Source: an uncultured Chloroflexia bacterium
GTDB taxonomy: Bacteria; Chloroflexota; Limnocylindria; Limnocylindrales; CSP1-4
Assembly: GCA_963743855.1 (NCBI GenBank)
Contig: CAVURK010000004.1
Coordinates: forward strand, 119,347 to 183,346
Reading direction: 5' to 3'
DNA: 64,000 nucleotides
This document shows positions 17,820 through 27,406 of the stretch, piece after piece. Within the stretch, counting starts at the first letter, position 1. Each line of letters begins with the position of its first letter. Below the pieces are notes generated by a model. It worked only from the letters and a program-made list of their open reading frames with translations, was not told the DNA's origin and made no database searches. The translations under genes were made by a program, and so were the position numbers.

Positions 17820-19061
17820 CTACACCGGAGTGGCGGTGCGCCCGCTGCGCGGGACGGAGATCCCCGTGACGCGATCCTTGCCGGCTCGTTTCGAGGCGTA
17901 CATCGCCCCGTCGGCGCTGATGATCAGCTCGTCCGCGGTCCGGCCGTCGACCGGGTAGCTGACGACGCCGATCGACAGCGACGGCCGGTTGTCGGCGCCC
18001 GGCAGGTCGACCGCCATCGCGTTGACCCCGATCCGGATCTTCTCGGCCAGCACGAAGCCGCCGGTCGGGTCGGTCTCGGGGAGGAGCACGACGAACTCGT
18101 CACCGCCGTAGCGCGCTGCGGTGTCGATCTGGCGCACGCCCCGGCTGATCACCTCGCCGACCGCCCGCAGGACGCGGTCGCCGTAGAAGTGTCCGAGCCG
18201 GTCGTTGATCGTCTTGAGCTCGTCGAGATCCATCATCAGCAGGCAGAAGCCGCGTCCGGACCGGGCGCTCCGGGCGATCTCGCGGTCCATCGCCGCGAAG
18301 AAGAACGAGCGGTTGAACAGCCCGGTCAGCGAATCGACGGTCGACAGCCGGATCGCGGCATCGCGCGTCCGGCGCTGGGCGCGGGCGATGACCATGGCGA
18401 CGTACGACAGCAGGATCAGGGCGGTCAGGTTGATCCCGACGACGGCCGCGGCGGACGGGCCGAGCGAGCCCGCTGCCGATCCCGCGATCACGGCAAGGAC
18501 GTAGCCGATCGCGGCCGCAGCGGCCAGCCCGACCGTGATCGGCGGCGAGACGACCAGCGCGGCCCCACCGACGATCAACGGGAAGGCGAAGAAGAACGGG
18601 CTGGCCACGCCCCCGGTCAGGGCCACAAGGAGAGTCGCGACCGTGATCGCGACCGACCCCTCGACGACGAACTTGGCCGGGCCGAGCGTGTCGGGCGGCA
18701 GGAGGTCGTGGACGATCACGATGAACAGGCCGGAGAACGCGAGCAGGACCAGGATCGCCGGCTCGGTCGACGGCCACAGGTTGGTGGTGGCGACCACCGC
18801 GGTCGTGGCCAGGAGGAAGATCCAGGACACGATCCGGACGACACGGTCGTAGGTCTCGGTCGGGACCCCGTCATCGGTCGTGTCGCCCGAGATCCCGCCG
18901 ATGACAGCCGCCTCCGCGGCGCGTCGTTCGACGTCCATCGCCACGTCGGGCACCGGTGCGATCGGACTGGGCTTGCCGATCAGCGGCGGGACGACGATCA
19001 ACGCCATCACCGCGAGGTTGGCGGCGACCGCGATGACGATCAGGACCAGGACCGGATCCAC
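17820..19061 (-). CDS. Membrane-anchored diguanylate cyclase (GGDEF)
   Basis: N-terminal multi-span membrane region, then GGDEF domain DSLTGLFNRSFF...LMMDLDELKTINDRLGHFYGD...RQIDTAARYGGDEFVVLL. This includes the active-site GGDEF and an RxxD I-site five residues upstream. Confidence 0.85.
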   Translation of the reverse strand: MDPVLVLIVIAVAANLAVMALIVVPPLIGKPSPIAPVPDVAMDVERRAAEAAVIGGISGDTTDDGVPTETYDRVVRIVSWIFLLATTAVVATTNLWPSTEPAILVLLAFSGLFIVIVHDLLPPDTLGPAKFVVEGSVAITVATLLVALTGGVASPFFFAFPLIVGGAALVVSPPITVGLAAAAAIGYVLAVIAGSAAGSLGPSAAAVVGINLTALILLSYVAMVIARAQRRTRDAAIRLSTVDSLTGLFNRSFFFAAMDREIARSARSGRGFCLLMMDLDELKTINDRLGHFYGDRVLRAVGEVISRGVRQIDTAARYGGDEFVVLLPETDPTGGFVLAEKIRIGVNAMAVDLPGADNRPSLSIGVVSYPVDGRTADELIISADGAMYASKRAGKDRVTGISVPRSGRTATPV

Positions 19062-19218
19062 TGGCGGAGACGACCTCGTTCGGGTTCGGGGCGCCAGCGA
19101 ACTGGGCGCCCGCTTCGGGCCATCTTAGTCGCCCAAGGTCATGGCCCCGCCTCGTGGACGGGCGGTTCGGTGCGGTGAGGCAACGCGTTCCGCTGCCCCG
19201 CGCCGCCCGCTCGGGTGA

Positions 19219-19722
19219 TCAGCGCGTCCCGTACTGGTAGGTCTGCTTCACCAGCCGGAGGTAGACGAACGTCTCGGTCTCGCGCACGCCGTCGATCGCG
19301 CGCAGCCGCTCGGCAAGGAAGACGAGCAGGGCGTCGTTGTCCTCGCAGACGGTCTCGATGAGGAGGTCGTAGCTGCCGGCGGTGATGACGACGTAATCGA
19401 CCTCGGGCATCTTGGCCAGATGCTCGGCCACCTCGATGAGCTTCGAGCTCTCGCAGCGGATCCCGATCATCGCCATCTGGTGGAAGCCGAGCTTGAGCGG
19501 GTCGGTGACGCCCACCACCTGCAGGATGCCGCGCTCGATGAGCCGGTTGGTCCGGGCCCGCACGGCGGCCTCGGAGACGCCGAGGTCGGCGGCGATCTGG
19601 GTGAACGGCCGGCGACCGTCGGCCTGGAGGTGCTCGATGATCCGCTTGTCGAGCGGCGAGACTTCGTCGGTCGTGCGCCCGGTCAGGGCGCGCGAGCGGG
19701 GTGGTCGGACGGGCAGGCTCAT
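19219..19722 (-). CDS. Lrp/AsnC-family transcriptional regulator
   Basis: LDKRIIEHLQADGRRPFTQIAADLGVSEAAVRARTNRLIERGIL HTH plus a C-terminal RAM/AsnC domain. The ATG overlaps the upstream stop (ATGA at 19719-19722). Confidence 0.85.
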   Translation of the reverse strand: MSLPVRPPRSRALTGRTTDEVSPLDKRIIEHLQADGRRPFTQIAADLGVSEAAVRARTNRLIERGILQVVGVTDPLKLGFHQMAMIGIRCESSKLIEVAEHLAKMPEVDYVVITAGSYDLLIETVCEDNDALLVFLAERLRAIDGVRETETFVYLRLVKQTYQYGTR

Positions 19723-20387
19723 CGCGACGCCTTGGGCTTGGCGGTCGGCTTCGGCTTCGCGGTCGCCTTCGGCGGCGCGGACGACTTCGGGCCGGCGCTG
19801 GGGCTTGCCGGCGGCGGGGTCCCCGCGCCCGGGAGCGTCACGATCGTCCGCGGCACGAGCGGCGACAGGAGGCGATCGAGCGCCGCGCGCAGCTTCTCCG
19901 CCGAGGCGAGCTGGCTGCCGTCCGGGATGTGGGGAGTCGGCCCGGTCGAGATCGGGCCCCAGCGGACCAGGATGTTGAGGCCCATGAACTCGATCGGCGC
20001 CTCGTTGATCCCGGGGCGATCGCCTGCTGCCCAGTGGGTGGCTGTCTCGAGGGTCGCGGCGGACCGGTACTGGCCGATCGACAGAGGCCAGCCGTCGTAT
20101 GTCGCCTCGATCTCCTTGACCGGGTCGTGACCGGCCCCGCCGCTGTTCGCCGTGTTGGGGGTGATGAGCAGCCCGGCGGCGCGGAGGCCGAGGTAGACGT
20201 CATCGGCCTTGACCGGCGCGACCAGGTGCGGGTCCGGCGTCGGGCTCGGGGTCGGGGTGGGCGCGGCTGTCACCACCGCGGCCGACGGGGCGCTCGAGCC
20301 ACAGGCCGCGACCAGGCAGGCGGCGACGATCAAGGACGCGAACAGCTGCAGGCCGGGGCCACGCGGTCGACGGTCGAGGGTACGCAT
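19719..20387 (-). CDS. Lipoprotein of unknown function with Lys/Pro/Ala-rich C-terminal tail
   Basis: Lipobox LIVAACLVAAC, Pro/Thr linker, ~130-aa globular part, then the tail PKATAKPKPTAKPKASR. Translationally coupled to the Lrp gene. Confidence 0.6.
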   Translation of the reverse strand: MRTLDRRPRGPGLQLFASLIVAACLVAACGSSAPSAAVVTAAPTPTPSPTPDPHLVAPVKADDVYLGLRAAGLLITPNTANSGGAGHDPVKEIEATYDGWPLSIGQYRSAATLETATHWAAGDRPGINEAPIEFMGLNILVRWGPISTGPTPHIPDGSQLASAEKLRAALDRLLSPLVPRTIVTLPGAGTPPPASPSAGPKSSAPPKATAKPKPTAKPKASR

Positions 20388-20430
20388 CGCGCCCGGATGC
20401 TAGCACGCGGTCTCGCCTCTTCCCGGGGGT

Positions 20431-21363
20431 TCATCCGCCGCGATCGAGATCGGATAGTACCGGCCCGAGCGCGACGATCGATTCGAGGGTGATCGGATCG
20501 ACCACGAGCTGGACGTGGGCGATGCCCTCCCGTGCGAACCCTCGCAACGTCTCCGCGAGCACCGCCGGCTCGCCATCGACTGCGGCGATGCCACCCTCCG
20601 CGGTATCGCCCTGCAGGCGGCCGGCGCCGCCGGCGAGCCGGACCAGGACCGCCACGGACCGCTCCACTTCGGCCGGATCGCGACCGACCTCGACGCACGC
20701 CTCATCGACCAGGGACCTGAGTGCCGGCACGCCGGACGGCCGGTTCTCGATGTCGCGGTACCAGGAATTCCACGAGTCGGCATGGGCCATCGTCGCGTGC
20801 AGCATCCGAGGCCCATTCGACCCGATCATCAGCGGTGGGCCGGCCGTTCGCGGTCCACGCGGAAGCAGCTCGCAGTCGCGCGCCTGGTACCAGCGCCCCT
20901 CGAAGTCGATGGCACCCTCGCGGAGCAGGGTCCGGATGATCGTGAACGCCTCCTCGAAGCGCCCGATGCGATGGTCGAACGGGTAGCCGTAGGCGTTGAA
21001 CTCGGTCTCGTTCCAGCCGGCGCCGAGACCGAGCACGAAGCGACCACCGCTGATCTCGTCGATCGTGGCCGCCTGCTTGGCGAGCAGGGCCGGGTTGTGG
21101 AAGTTGGTGCACGCGACGAGGGGACCGAGCTCGATCCGCGAGGTCACCCCAGCGATCGCCGCGAGCGTGGTCCAGGCTTCCCACGGACCGGCCGGCGGAC
21201 GGTCCTCCCAGCGATAGAGCAGGTGCTCGCCGACCCACACCGAGTCGAAGCCGTGATCTTCGATGGCGCGGGTCATGTCGAGCAGTTCCGGCCAGCGCAC
21301 CTCGCGCTCGACCTCGGGGAGCTGGATGCCGACCTTGAGCGGCCGACCGGTCGTCGTCGTCAT
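20431..21363 (-). CDS. LLM-class (luciferase-like) F420-dependent oxidoreductase
   Basis: LKVGIQLPEVE...GFDSVWVGEHLLY...RIELGPLVACTNFHNPALLAKQAATIDEISGGRFVLGLGAGWNETEF is typical of the LLM family. Start at ATG 21363 (MTTTTGRPLK). Confidence 0.8.
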   Translation of the reverse strand: MTTTTGRPLKVGIQLPEVEREVRWPELLDMTRAIEDHGFDSVWVGEHLLYRWEDRPPAGPWEAWTTLAAIAGVTSRIELGPLVACTNFHNPALLAKQAATIDEISGGRFVLGLGAGWNETEFNAYGYPFDHRIGRFEEAFTIIRTLLREGAIDFEGRWYQARDCELLPRGPRTAGPPLMIGSNGPRMLHATMAHADSWNSWYRDIENRPSGVPALRSLVDEACVEVGRDPAEVERSVAVLVRLAGGAGRLQGDTAEGGIAAVDGEPAVLAETLRGFAREGIAHVQLVVDPITLESIVALGPVLSDLDRGG

Positions 21364-21582
21364 CGCCGAAGCGTAGCGCCCGACCGTTGACAGATGGGCG
21401 CCCGTCCCCCACCCTGCGCCCGACATGACCTCGACCCACCACATCACGCGGTCGCAGCAGGGGCCCACCCGGGCCACCTCGACCTGACGCCGCGCGCCCC
21501 GACGGGCGCCGACCCCAGCACGAGTGACGCCCCGGCATCAGCCGAGGCGTTTTTCTTGCCCTCCAGCAGCAAAGGAGTGCCA

Positions 21583-22212
21583 GTGGATCCCGCGTTCGCG
21601 TTCCGCGGCTTCGTCCTCGGCTTCACGATCGCCGCCGCGGTCGGTCCGATCAGCCTGCTCGTCATCCGCCGGACGCTCGCGGAGGGCCGGCTGGTCGGGC
21701 TCGTCTCCGGGCTCGGCGTGGCGACCGCGGACGCGACCTACGGGGCGATCGCCGCGTTCGGGCTTGGCGCGATCACCGACCTGCTGGTCAATGCTCGGCA
21801 GCTGCTCGGGCTGGTCGGCGGCATCTTCCTGCTGTGGCTGGCCTGGCGGACCGCGCGCGCCGCCCCGACCGAGGTGGCCGTCGTGACCGAGCGGCGCAGG
21901 GGCCTGCCCGGCGCCTACCTGTCGATCCTCGGCCTCACCCTGACGAACCCGATGACGATCCTGTCGTTCGGTGCCCTCTTCGCCGGGCTCGGCGTGACGA
22001 GCGGGGCGACCGGTGACGCGGCGCTGGTCGTCCTCGGCGTCCTGCTCGGGTCGACGACGTGGTGGGTGGTGCTGACCACGGTGGTCGGGGCGCTGCGCTC
22101 ACGGGTGACGCCGACATGGATCCACCGGATCAATCTCGGGTCAGGCGTCGTCATCGGCGCGTTCGCGATCCTCGCCATCGCGTCGGCGCTGGCGGGGTCC
22201 GGCCCCGGTTGA
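21583..22212 (+). CDS. LysE/RhtB-family amino-acid exporter
   Basis: GTG 21583 is preceded by AAAGGAG. FRGFVLGFTIAAAVGPISLLVIRRTLAEG plus about six TM helices match the LysE type. The upstream part of ORF 21394..22212 is non-hydrophobic and Pro-rich. Confidence 0.8.
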   Translation: MDPAFAFRGFVLGFTIAAAVGPISLLVIRRTLAEGRLVGLVSGLGVATADATYGAIAAFGLGAITDLLVNARQLLGLVGGIFLLWLAWRTARAAPTEVAVVTERRRGLPGAYLSILGLTLTNPMTILSFGALFAGLGVTSGATGDAALVVLGVLLGSTTWWVVLTTVVGALRSRVTPTWIHRINLGSGVVIGAFAILAIASALAGSGPG

Positions 22213-22225
22213 GGCCCGGCCCGGA

Positions 22226-22659
22226 TCAGTCGGGCGCTGGCGCGTCAGAGAAGAGGGTCAGGTGGATGCCGCCCGGAGCGTCGAGCCGGGCGTTCTCCGT
22301 CTGCCACGGCGTCCGCGTGGCGTCGGCGACGACCTGGGCACCGCCGGCGGCGAGCGTCGCGGTCATCGCCCGCGAATCGGCGACCTCGAACGCGACCCGG
22401 AACTGTCCGGCGACGCGGCGACCGACCTCGACCCGGTCGATGAACTCGGCCTGCCCGGATCGGCGATCTCGAGCGTCGCTCGGCCCGCCTCGAGGATGAC
22501 GACACGGCCGTCAGGTGATTCGTAGGCAGCCCGCTCCGGGAGACCGAGCACGTCGCGGTAGAACCGGACGGCGGCCTCGTAGTCATCGGCGGTGACGACG
22601 AGCCGCATCTCGCGAACGGGCCCGGGCTCGCTTCGTGGGGCGGGTTCGCGCTCTGACAT
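22226..22659 (-). pseudogene. VOC/glyoxalase-family protein; frameshift near 22452-22457
   Basis: MRLVVTADDYEAAVRFYRDVLGLPERAAYESPDGRVVILEAGRATLEIADPG continues in another frame as QAEFIDRVEVGRRVAGQFRVAFEVADSRAMTATLAAGGAQVV...IHLTLFSDAPAPD-TGA (stop 22226-22228). The true start may be ATG 22608. Confidence 0.65.
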
Positions 22660-22781
22660 CGGTGACCTCCCTCCAGGATCGCGCCACCGCCGGGCGTGGA
22701 CTCGTCCAAGGCGTCAGCGCGACCAACGACAGGATGATGGCGACGAGGACGGATCGTCAGGCGCGATCGGGACGACCGCCG

Positions 22782-23414
22782 TCAGACCCCGACCGGCTCG
22801 CGGACGAGCACGACGGTCGTCCGGCCCGGGTTCCATTCGCCGTAGAGGATCAGGACCTTCTCGAGCCTCGTCTCGACGCCGAGCCGGCTCCGAACCTGCT
22901 CGTTCTCGAATGGGAAGACGACCTCGTCGATCCGTCGCATCGCCGCGTCGAGGTCCGGCACGAGCTTCTGGCTGCCGATGACGAGGATCAGCCGACCGGC
23001 ACCGGCAGCGTAGGAACCGAGCTGGCTGCCGGTGGCCGACGCCACGACCATGGTGCCGTCCGGCAGGATCGCCGCGACGCTGCCGACCATGACATCCGGG
23101 GCTGCGGTCAGCTTCCGCATCTCTCGGCCCTGCGTCGCCCGGTCCATCGTGGCGAGCCGTGGCCGGATCGCGTCGAAGCGTTCCGATTCGACCAGCTCGG
23201 CGTACAGGCCGATCTCCTCGAGCGTCTTCGACTTGCCCGAATGCACTTCCGACCCGTCGGGGATCATCGCCAGGACCGCCTCGCGCGCCTGGTCGCCGGT
23301 GTCGACGACGATCGCCTCGATGTTGTTCGTCCTGAGCGCGGCTGCAACGGCCTCGAGCTGGTCGGCGCCGTCCGACGCCACGACCTGCTCCGGAGGCGAC
23401 TCTCGGGTCGTCAT
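22782..23414 (-). CDS. LUD-domain protein (LutC/YkgG-like)
   Basis: 210-aa ORF with the LUD-type arrangement (VVDTGDQAREAVLAMIPDGSEVHSGKSKTLEEIGL...VGSVAAILPDGTMVVASATGSQLGSYAAGAGRLILVIGSQKLV). Confidence 0.7.
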   Translation of the reverse strand: MTTRESPPEQVVASDGADQLEAVAAALRTNNIEAIVVDTGDQAREAVLAMIPDGSEVHSGKSKTLEEIGLYAELVESERFDAIRPRLATMDRATQGREMRKLTAAPDVMVGSVAAILPDGTMVVASATGSQLGSYAAGAGRLILVIGSQKLVPDLDAAMRRIDEVVFPFENEQVRSRLGVETRLEKVLILYGEWNPGRTTVVLVREPVGV

Positions 23415-23792
23415 ATCGGCAGGACCGCTGCGAGAACGCCGACCGCGACGCCGATGGCGATGCTGGCGAACCCGATCTGCCGCGAACGCGCTCGATCGCG
23501 TGCCTTCGCCTCAGGATCGGCCACCTCGATCATCGGGCCGACCTCGCCGAAGTTGTAAACGCCGCGCGAGCCGAACCCGGCGCAGAAGTGGAAGCGCGCC
23601 TGGAGATACCCGGACGCGGCGGCGATCGCCGGCAGGGCGATCAGCAAGCGAGCAGGCGCCGGCGCGTCGACGAGCACGAGGACCCGCGAACAACCCGACC
23701 GTGACGACGAGACCGACATGTCCGGCTCGGCGACGACGGGCGATCTCGGCCGGCCCGATGTTGCAGACACCGGGCTGGTAGTCGAGCGGCAC
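23411..23792 (-). pseudogene. Small conserved-looking membrane protein (YQPGVCNIG...LQARFHFCAGFG), frameshift near 23683-23688
   Basis: MPLDYQPGVCNIGPAEIARRRRAGHVGLVVTVGLFAG (ORF 23511..23792 frame) continues as VLVLVDAPAPARLLIALPAIAAASGYLQARFHFCAGFGSRGVYNFG...IAIGVAVGVLAAVLPI (ORF 23411..23770 frame). Its stop overlaps the LUD start (ATGA). Confidence 0.5.
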
Positions 23793-23876
23793 CTCGGCGA
23801 CCGGCGATGAGGCTCGGCGGGTTGGTCGGAGTGGCGGTGGCCTGGATCATCGATGCGTCCTCCTGGTACGCCGGGT

Positions 23877-24825
23877 TCAGTCGATCTCGAGAACGATCTT
23901 GCCGCGGGTCCCGGCCGCGAAGGCGGCGAGCGCGGCCGGTGCGTCAGACAGCGGGAAAGGCCGCACAGCGAGACGCAGGGTCCCGGCGGCGACCTGCGTC
24001 GGCCAGTGCCGTGATCTTCTCGGTCGTCGGGTCGCCTGCGACGTTCGTCGCTTCGATGCCACGGGCGGCCAGCGCCTCGACGTCGGCGGCGCCGAGCGTG
24101 CTGGCGATGTGTCCACCGTCGCGCACCAACGCCGCCATCGAAGCGAATGCCTCCTCGCGGTTGACCACGTCGATGAGCGCGTCGACGCCGGCGGGGAAAC
24201 GGCTGCGGATGACAGCGGCGACGTCGTCGGTCCCGTAGTCGACCGTCTCGGTCACGCCGAGTGATCCGAGATACGCCGCTTCCTCGCCCGCCTTGGCCGT
24301 CCCGATGACCCTCGCGCCACGCTGCGCGGCGAGCTGGACGGCGAACGACCCGACGCCACCGGTCGCCCCGACCACGAGGACGGTGTCGCCCGAGCCGATC
24401 TCGATCGCGTCGAGGGCGCCGAGGGCCGTCGCCCCGGCCAGCGGGATCGCCGCGGCTACATCGAACGCGAGACCCGGCGGCTTTGGCGAGAGGACGACGG
24501 CAGGCCCGGCCATGAGCGACTCGGCGAACGTGCCGACCTCGAGGGGCGGCGCGGACGGCACGAACCCGATGACCTCGTCACCGACGGCCACGTCGGTCCG
24601 GCCGTCGCCGACCGCGTCGACGACCCCCGAGAAATCGCGCCCGATCACCGTCGGGAACCGATGCTCCATCATCGCGACGAGGTAGCCGCTCGCCTGGAAG
24701 ACGTCGAAGCCGTTGACGCTCGCCGCACGGATCGTGATCCGGGCGCCCCCATCGGTCAGCTCCGGCTGCGGCACGTCGATGACGGCCGCGGGCTGGTCGG
24801 GGGTCGTCAGGGCAAAGGCCTTCAT
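23877..24825 (-). pseudogene. Zinc-type alcohol dehydrogenase/quinone oxidoreductase (MDR family); frameshift near 23996-24001
   Basis: MKAFALTTPDQP...GDTVLVVGATGGVGSFAVQLAAQRGARVIGTA (Rossmann motif) lies in the ORF 23944..24825 frame. The C-terminus QVAAGTLRLAVRPFPLSDAPAALAAFAAGTRGKIVLEID lies in the ORF 23877..24116 frame. Confidence 0.8.
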
Positions 24826-24942
24826 CGTCGCCTCTCGAAAATGGAAGGGTGGCTCCGGTTTCGAGAAGAGCCTAGCACGGACCCGAAAACAGGCTCTGGC
24901 CCGGGGCTGCAGCCGGGCGACGAGCGACCGGTCGGAACCCCG

Positions 24943-25590
24943 TCAGCCGACCTCGGTCGGTTGCAGGCGGACCATCGCCTGGAACATCTGGCGCGCGGTC
25001 GGAGGCTCGGGCAGCGGCTCCGCCCCCTCGGCGGCAAAGGCCTGGAGCATGTACGCGACGAACCGTCGCCAGGTCTCGGGCGCGGCGTCACCGGTCGCGG
25101 TCACGACGCCCGCATTCGCCATCAGGACCATGACCAGGTCCTCGGGGACGAAGTCGGCCCGCAGCCGACCGGCTGCCTTGGCACGGGCGATGAGCTCGAC
25201 GCAGCCCTCGTAGGCGCGGACGCGCTCCGATTCGAAGCCGGGCGCGGTCGGGAAGGTCATGGTCAGGACGTCGGTGAAGCCCTGGTCCGCCGCCTGCATC
25301 GCGCAGACGCGCTCGAGATGGAGGCAGAACCCGACCCACGGATCGGGCTCGGCCAGCGCCTGCGCGACCGCGTCGGCGTAGGCGAGCATCTTGGCCTCGA
25401 AGGCCGCGGCGATCAGGTCGGGTCGCGTCGGGAAGCGGCGATACAGGGTGGCGATGCCGACACCGGCCCGCCTGGCGACCTGTTCCATCGAGACGTCGAG
25501 GCCGCCTTCGGTGAAGGCCTCGCAGGCGGCATCGAGGATCTTGGCGCGGTTGCGCTCGGCGTCCGATCGGAGTCCCCTCGGCTCGGTCAT
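24943..25590 (-). CDS. TetR/AcrR-family transcriptional regulator
   Basis: ATG 25590. HTH AERNRAKILDAACEAFTEGGLDVSMEQVARRAGVGIATLYRRFPTRPDL plus a helical C-terminal domain. Confidence 0.85.
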   Translation of the reverse strand: MTEPRGLRSDAERNRAKILDAACEAFTEGGLDVSMEQVARRAGVGIATLYRRFPTRPDLIAAAFEAKMLAYADAVAQALAEPDPWVGFCLHLERVCAMQAADQGFTDVLTMTFPTAPGFESERVRAYEGCVELIARAKAAGRLRADFVPEDLVMVLMANAGVVTATGDAAPETWRRFVAYMLQAFAAEGAEPLPEPPTARQMFQAMVRLQPTEVG

Positions 25591-25608
25591 GCCGACAGCG
25601 TACACGCT

Positions 25609-25636
25609 GAAACGGAGGGTGCCTCCGTTTCGGAGG
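25609..25636 (-). terminator. Strong hairpin between tRNA-Pro(TGG) and the TetR gene
   Basis: GAAACGGAGG (25609-25618) pairs with CCTCCGTTTC (25622-25631): a 10-bp stem with a 3-nt loop. An alternative CCTCCG-TTT-CGGAGG hairpin (25622-25636) overlaps it. It lies 4 nt downstream of the tRNA 3' end on the minus strand. There is no clean U-run. Confidence 0.4.
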
Positions 25637-25639
25637 AGA

Positions 25640-25716
25640 TGGTCGGGGAGGCGGGACTCGAACCCGCGATCTCGTGCTCCCAAAGCACGTGCGTTACCAG
25701 GCTACGCTACTCCCCG
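25640..25716 (-). tRNA. tRNA-Pro (anticodon TGG)
   Basis: 77-nt cloverleaf: acceptor CGGGGAG/CTCCCCG, D-arm GCGTAGCCTGGTAACGC, anticodon stem CGTGC/GCACG with loop TTTGGGA, T-arm GCGGGTTCGAGTCCCGC, encoded CCA. Confidence 0.9.
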
Positions 25717-25726
25717 GGGCCGGGGG

Positions 25727-27151
25727 TCATCGTACATGGGAACTCGATGACGACCCTCCCTGACGGTGTGCCATCGTCAGTCGGCGCAGGGTCAACGCAA
25801 CATTCATCCGCCGCCCCATCTCGCCGTCGAGGCCGTGGTCGAGGAGTTGCTCGGCCCGCTCGAGGCGATATGCGACGGTCCGGTCTGCCAGGTGGAGTCG
25901 GCGCGCCGTCTCGCGTCGGTTGCCCCCGGCATCGAAGTAGACCTGCAGTGTCTCGACCAGTTCCTCGCCCATCCGGGGATCGGCCAGTAGCGGTCCGAGC
26001 TCGCGCTCGATGATGGTCGCGGCAAGGTCCGGGTCGCTGAGCAGAAGCCGCTCGACGCCGAGCTGGGCGACGTCGTCGATCATGCCGTGCCGGCCGATCG
26101 CCTTCGCGATGCGCAGCCCTTCCTGCAGCTCGAGCAACGTACGCGACCACGCCCGGACACCGTCGGCGGCCATCGCGACTCCCACCCAGCTGGGCATCCC
26201 GGCGGATCCGGCGCCGGCGCCGAGCACGTCTCGCACGGCGTCCGTCAGCCGAGTGAACTCCTGCCGATCCGGGCCAAGGATGCCGACGATGGAGCCTCGC
26301 CAGGTGACCGCCAGCGGGATTGTGATGCCGGTCCCAGGCCGATCGCGTGCGCTCTGGCGCCGGATCAGGTGGTCGATGCGTCGCGCCAGAACGTCGAGGT
26401 CCTCGTCGTCGAGCCCCGGGTCGTCCGGGGTCGGGTCGACATCCGGTCCTGGCAGGATCGCGACCAATCGAAAGGTCGTATCAGGATCGAGGCCGTATCG
26501 CATGGACAGGCGTCGCAGGCGTTGCCCGGCCCGGCCGTCGCCGGTGACCGCACCGAGCAGTTCATCGAGCGCAGCGCGACGGGCGGCCACATCGCGAGCG
26601 AGCAACTCGCCTTCCGTCGCCCGATAGCCCTCGCCGATCGCCAGGGTGGACATCTCGCTCCAGAGCAGCAGCCACCGACCGAGTTCCACGAGCCGCTCCG
26701 GTGGATCGCCACGTCGGATCAGCTCCGCCGACCCGTGGGCCCACATGACGCTCCTCGCCTCGGCGTTGACACCGACGAACAGGATCAGCCTCTGACCCTC
26801 GGCCGCCGCGATCGACCCCGACGCGAACTGGAGCGCGAGGACGGTGTCGAGGTCAAGCCGGTCCGCTTCGAGGGCTCGATTGGCTTCGTCGACGAGGTCG
26901 TCGAACGTCGCTGCGGCGAGGCGCACGCCGAAGGGAGCGGCCGATCGATCACCTCCGGCACGTGCCCGAAGTGCCGTTATCGCGGCCTCCACGTCTCCCG
27001 CGTCGGCGTCGACATAGGTCGTCAGATAGGCGAGCTCGACGCGCGCTCGCAGTTCCTCGGGGACGTCGACGAGACCCACGGGCAGCGCCGCGACGACCGC
27101 GTCGATGTCCGGCAGGACATCAGTGATGACGTTGCGACGTTCGGAACACAT
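25727..27151 (-). CDS. PucR/CdaR-family transcriptional regulator
   Basis: C-terminal PucR-type HTH (LVETLQVYFDAGGNRRETARRLHLADRTVAYRLERAEQLL) after a long sensor-like N-terminal region. Confidence 0.75.
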   Translation of the reverse strand: MCSERRNVITDVLPDIDAVVAALPVGLVDVPEELRARVELAYLTTYVDADAGDVEAAITALRARAGGDRSAAPFGVRLAAATFDDLVDEANRALEADRLDLDTVLALQFASGSIAAAEGQRLILFVGVNAEARSVMWAHGSAELIRRGDPPERLVELGRWLLLWSEMSTLAIGEGYRATEGELLARDVAARRAALDELLGAVTGDGRAGQRLRRLSMRYGLDPDTTFRLVAILPGPDVDPTPDDPGLDDEDLDVLARRIDHLIRRQSARDRPGTGITIPLAVTWRGSIVGILGPDRQEFTRLTDAVRDVLGAGAGSAGMPSWVGVAMAADGVRAWSRTLLELQEGLRIAKAIGRHGMIDDVAQLGVERLLLSDPDLAATIIERELGPLLADPRMGEELVETLQVYFDAGGNRRETARRLHLADRTVAYRLERAEQLLDHGLDGEMGRRMNVALTLRRLTMAHRQGGSSSSSHVR

Positions 27152-27406
27152 CCGAACAAGAGTTTACGCCCGACGACACGCTGATTGCGACATGTCAGCA
27201 ACGGGGGCCATTCGTCATCGAGAAGCTGCAAGAGACCAGCCGTTGCACGGGTGCTGCAGCGGGCGGCGCGCCGTTCTGCTCGGTCGGGGTGATGAGGCGG
27301 CGGGCATGGTCCCCGACCATTGTCGAAGCCGCTCGTATTTGGCCGAGCGCCAGGTCCTGATTGCATGGTCGGAGCCGGCGTTCTTCGCTCTCGTCAAGAC
27401 TCATCC

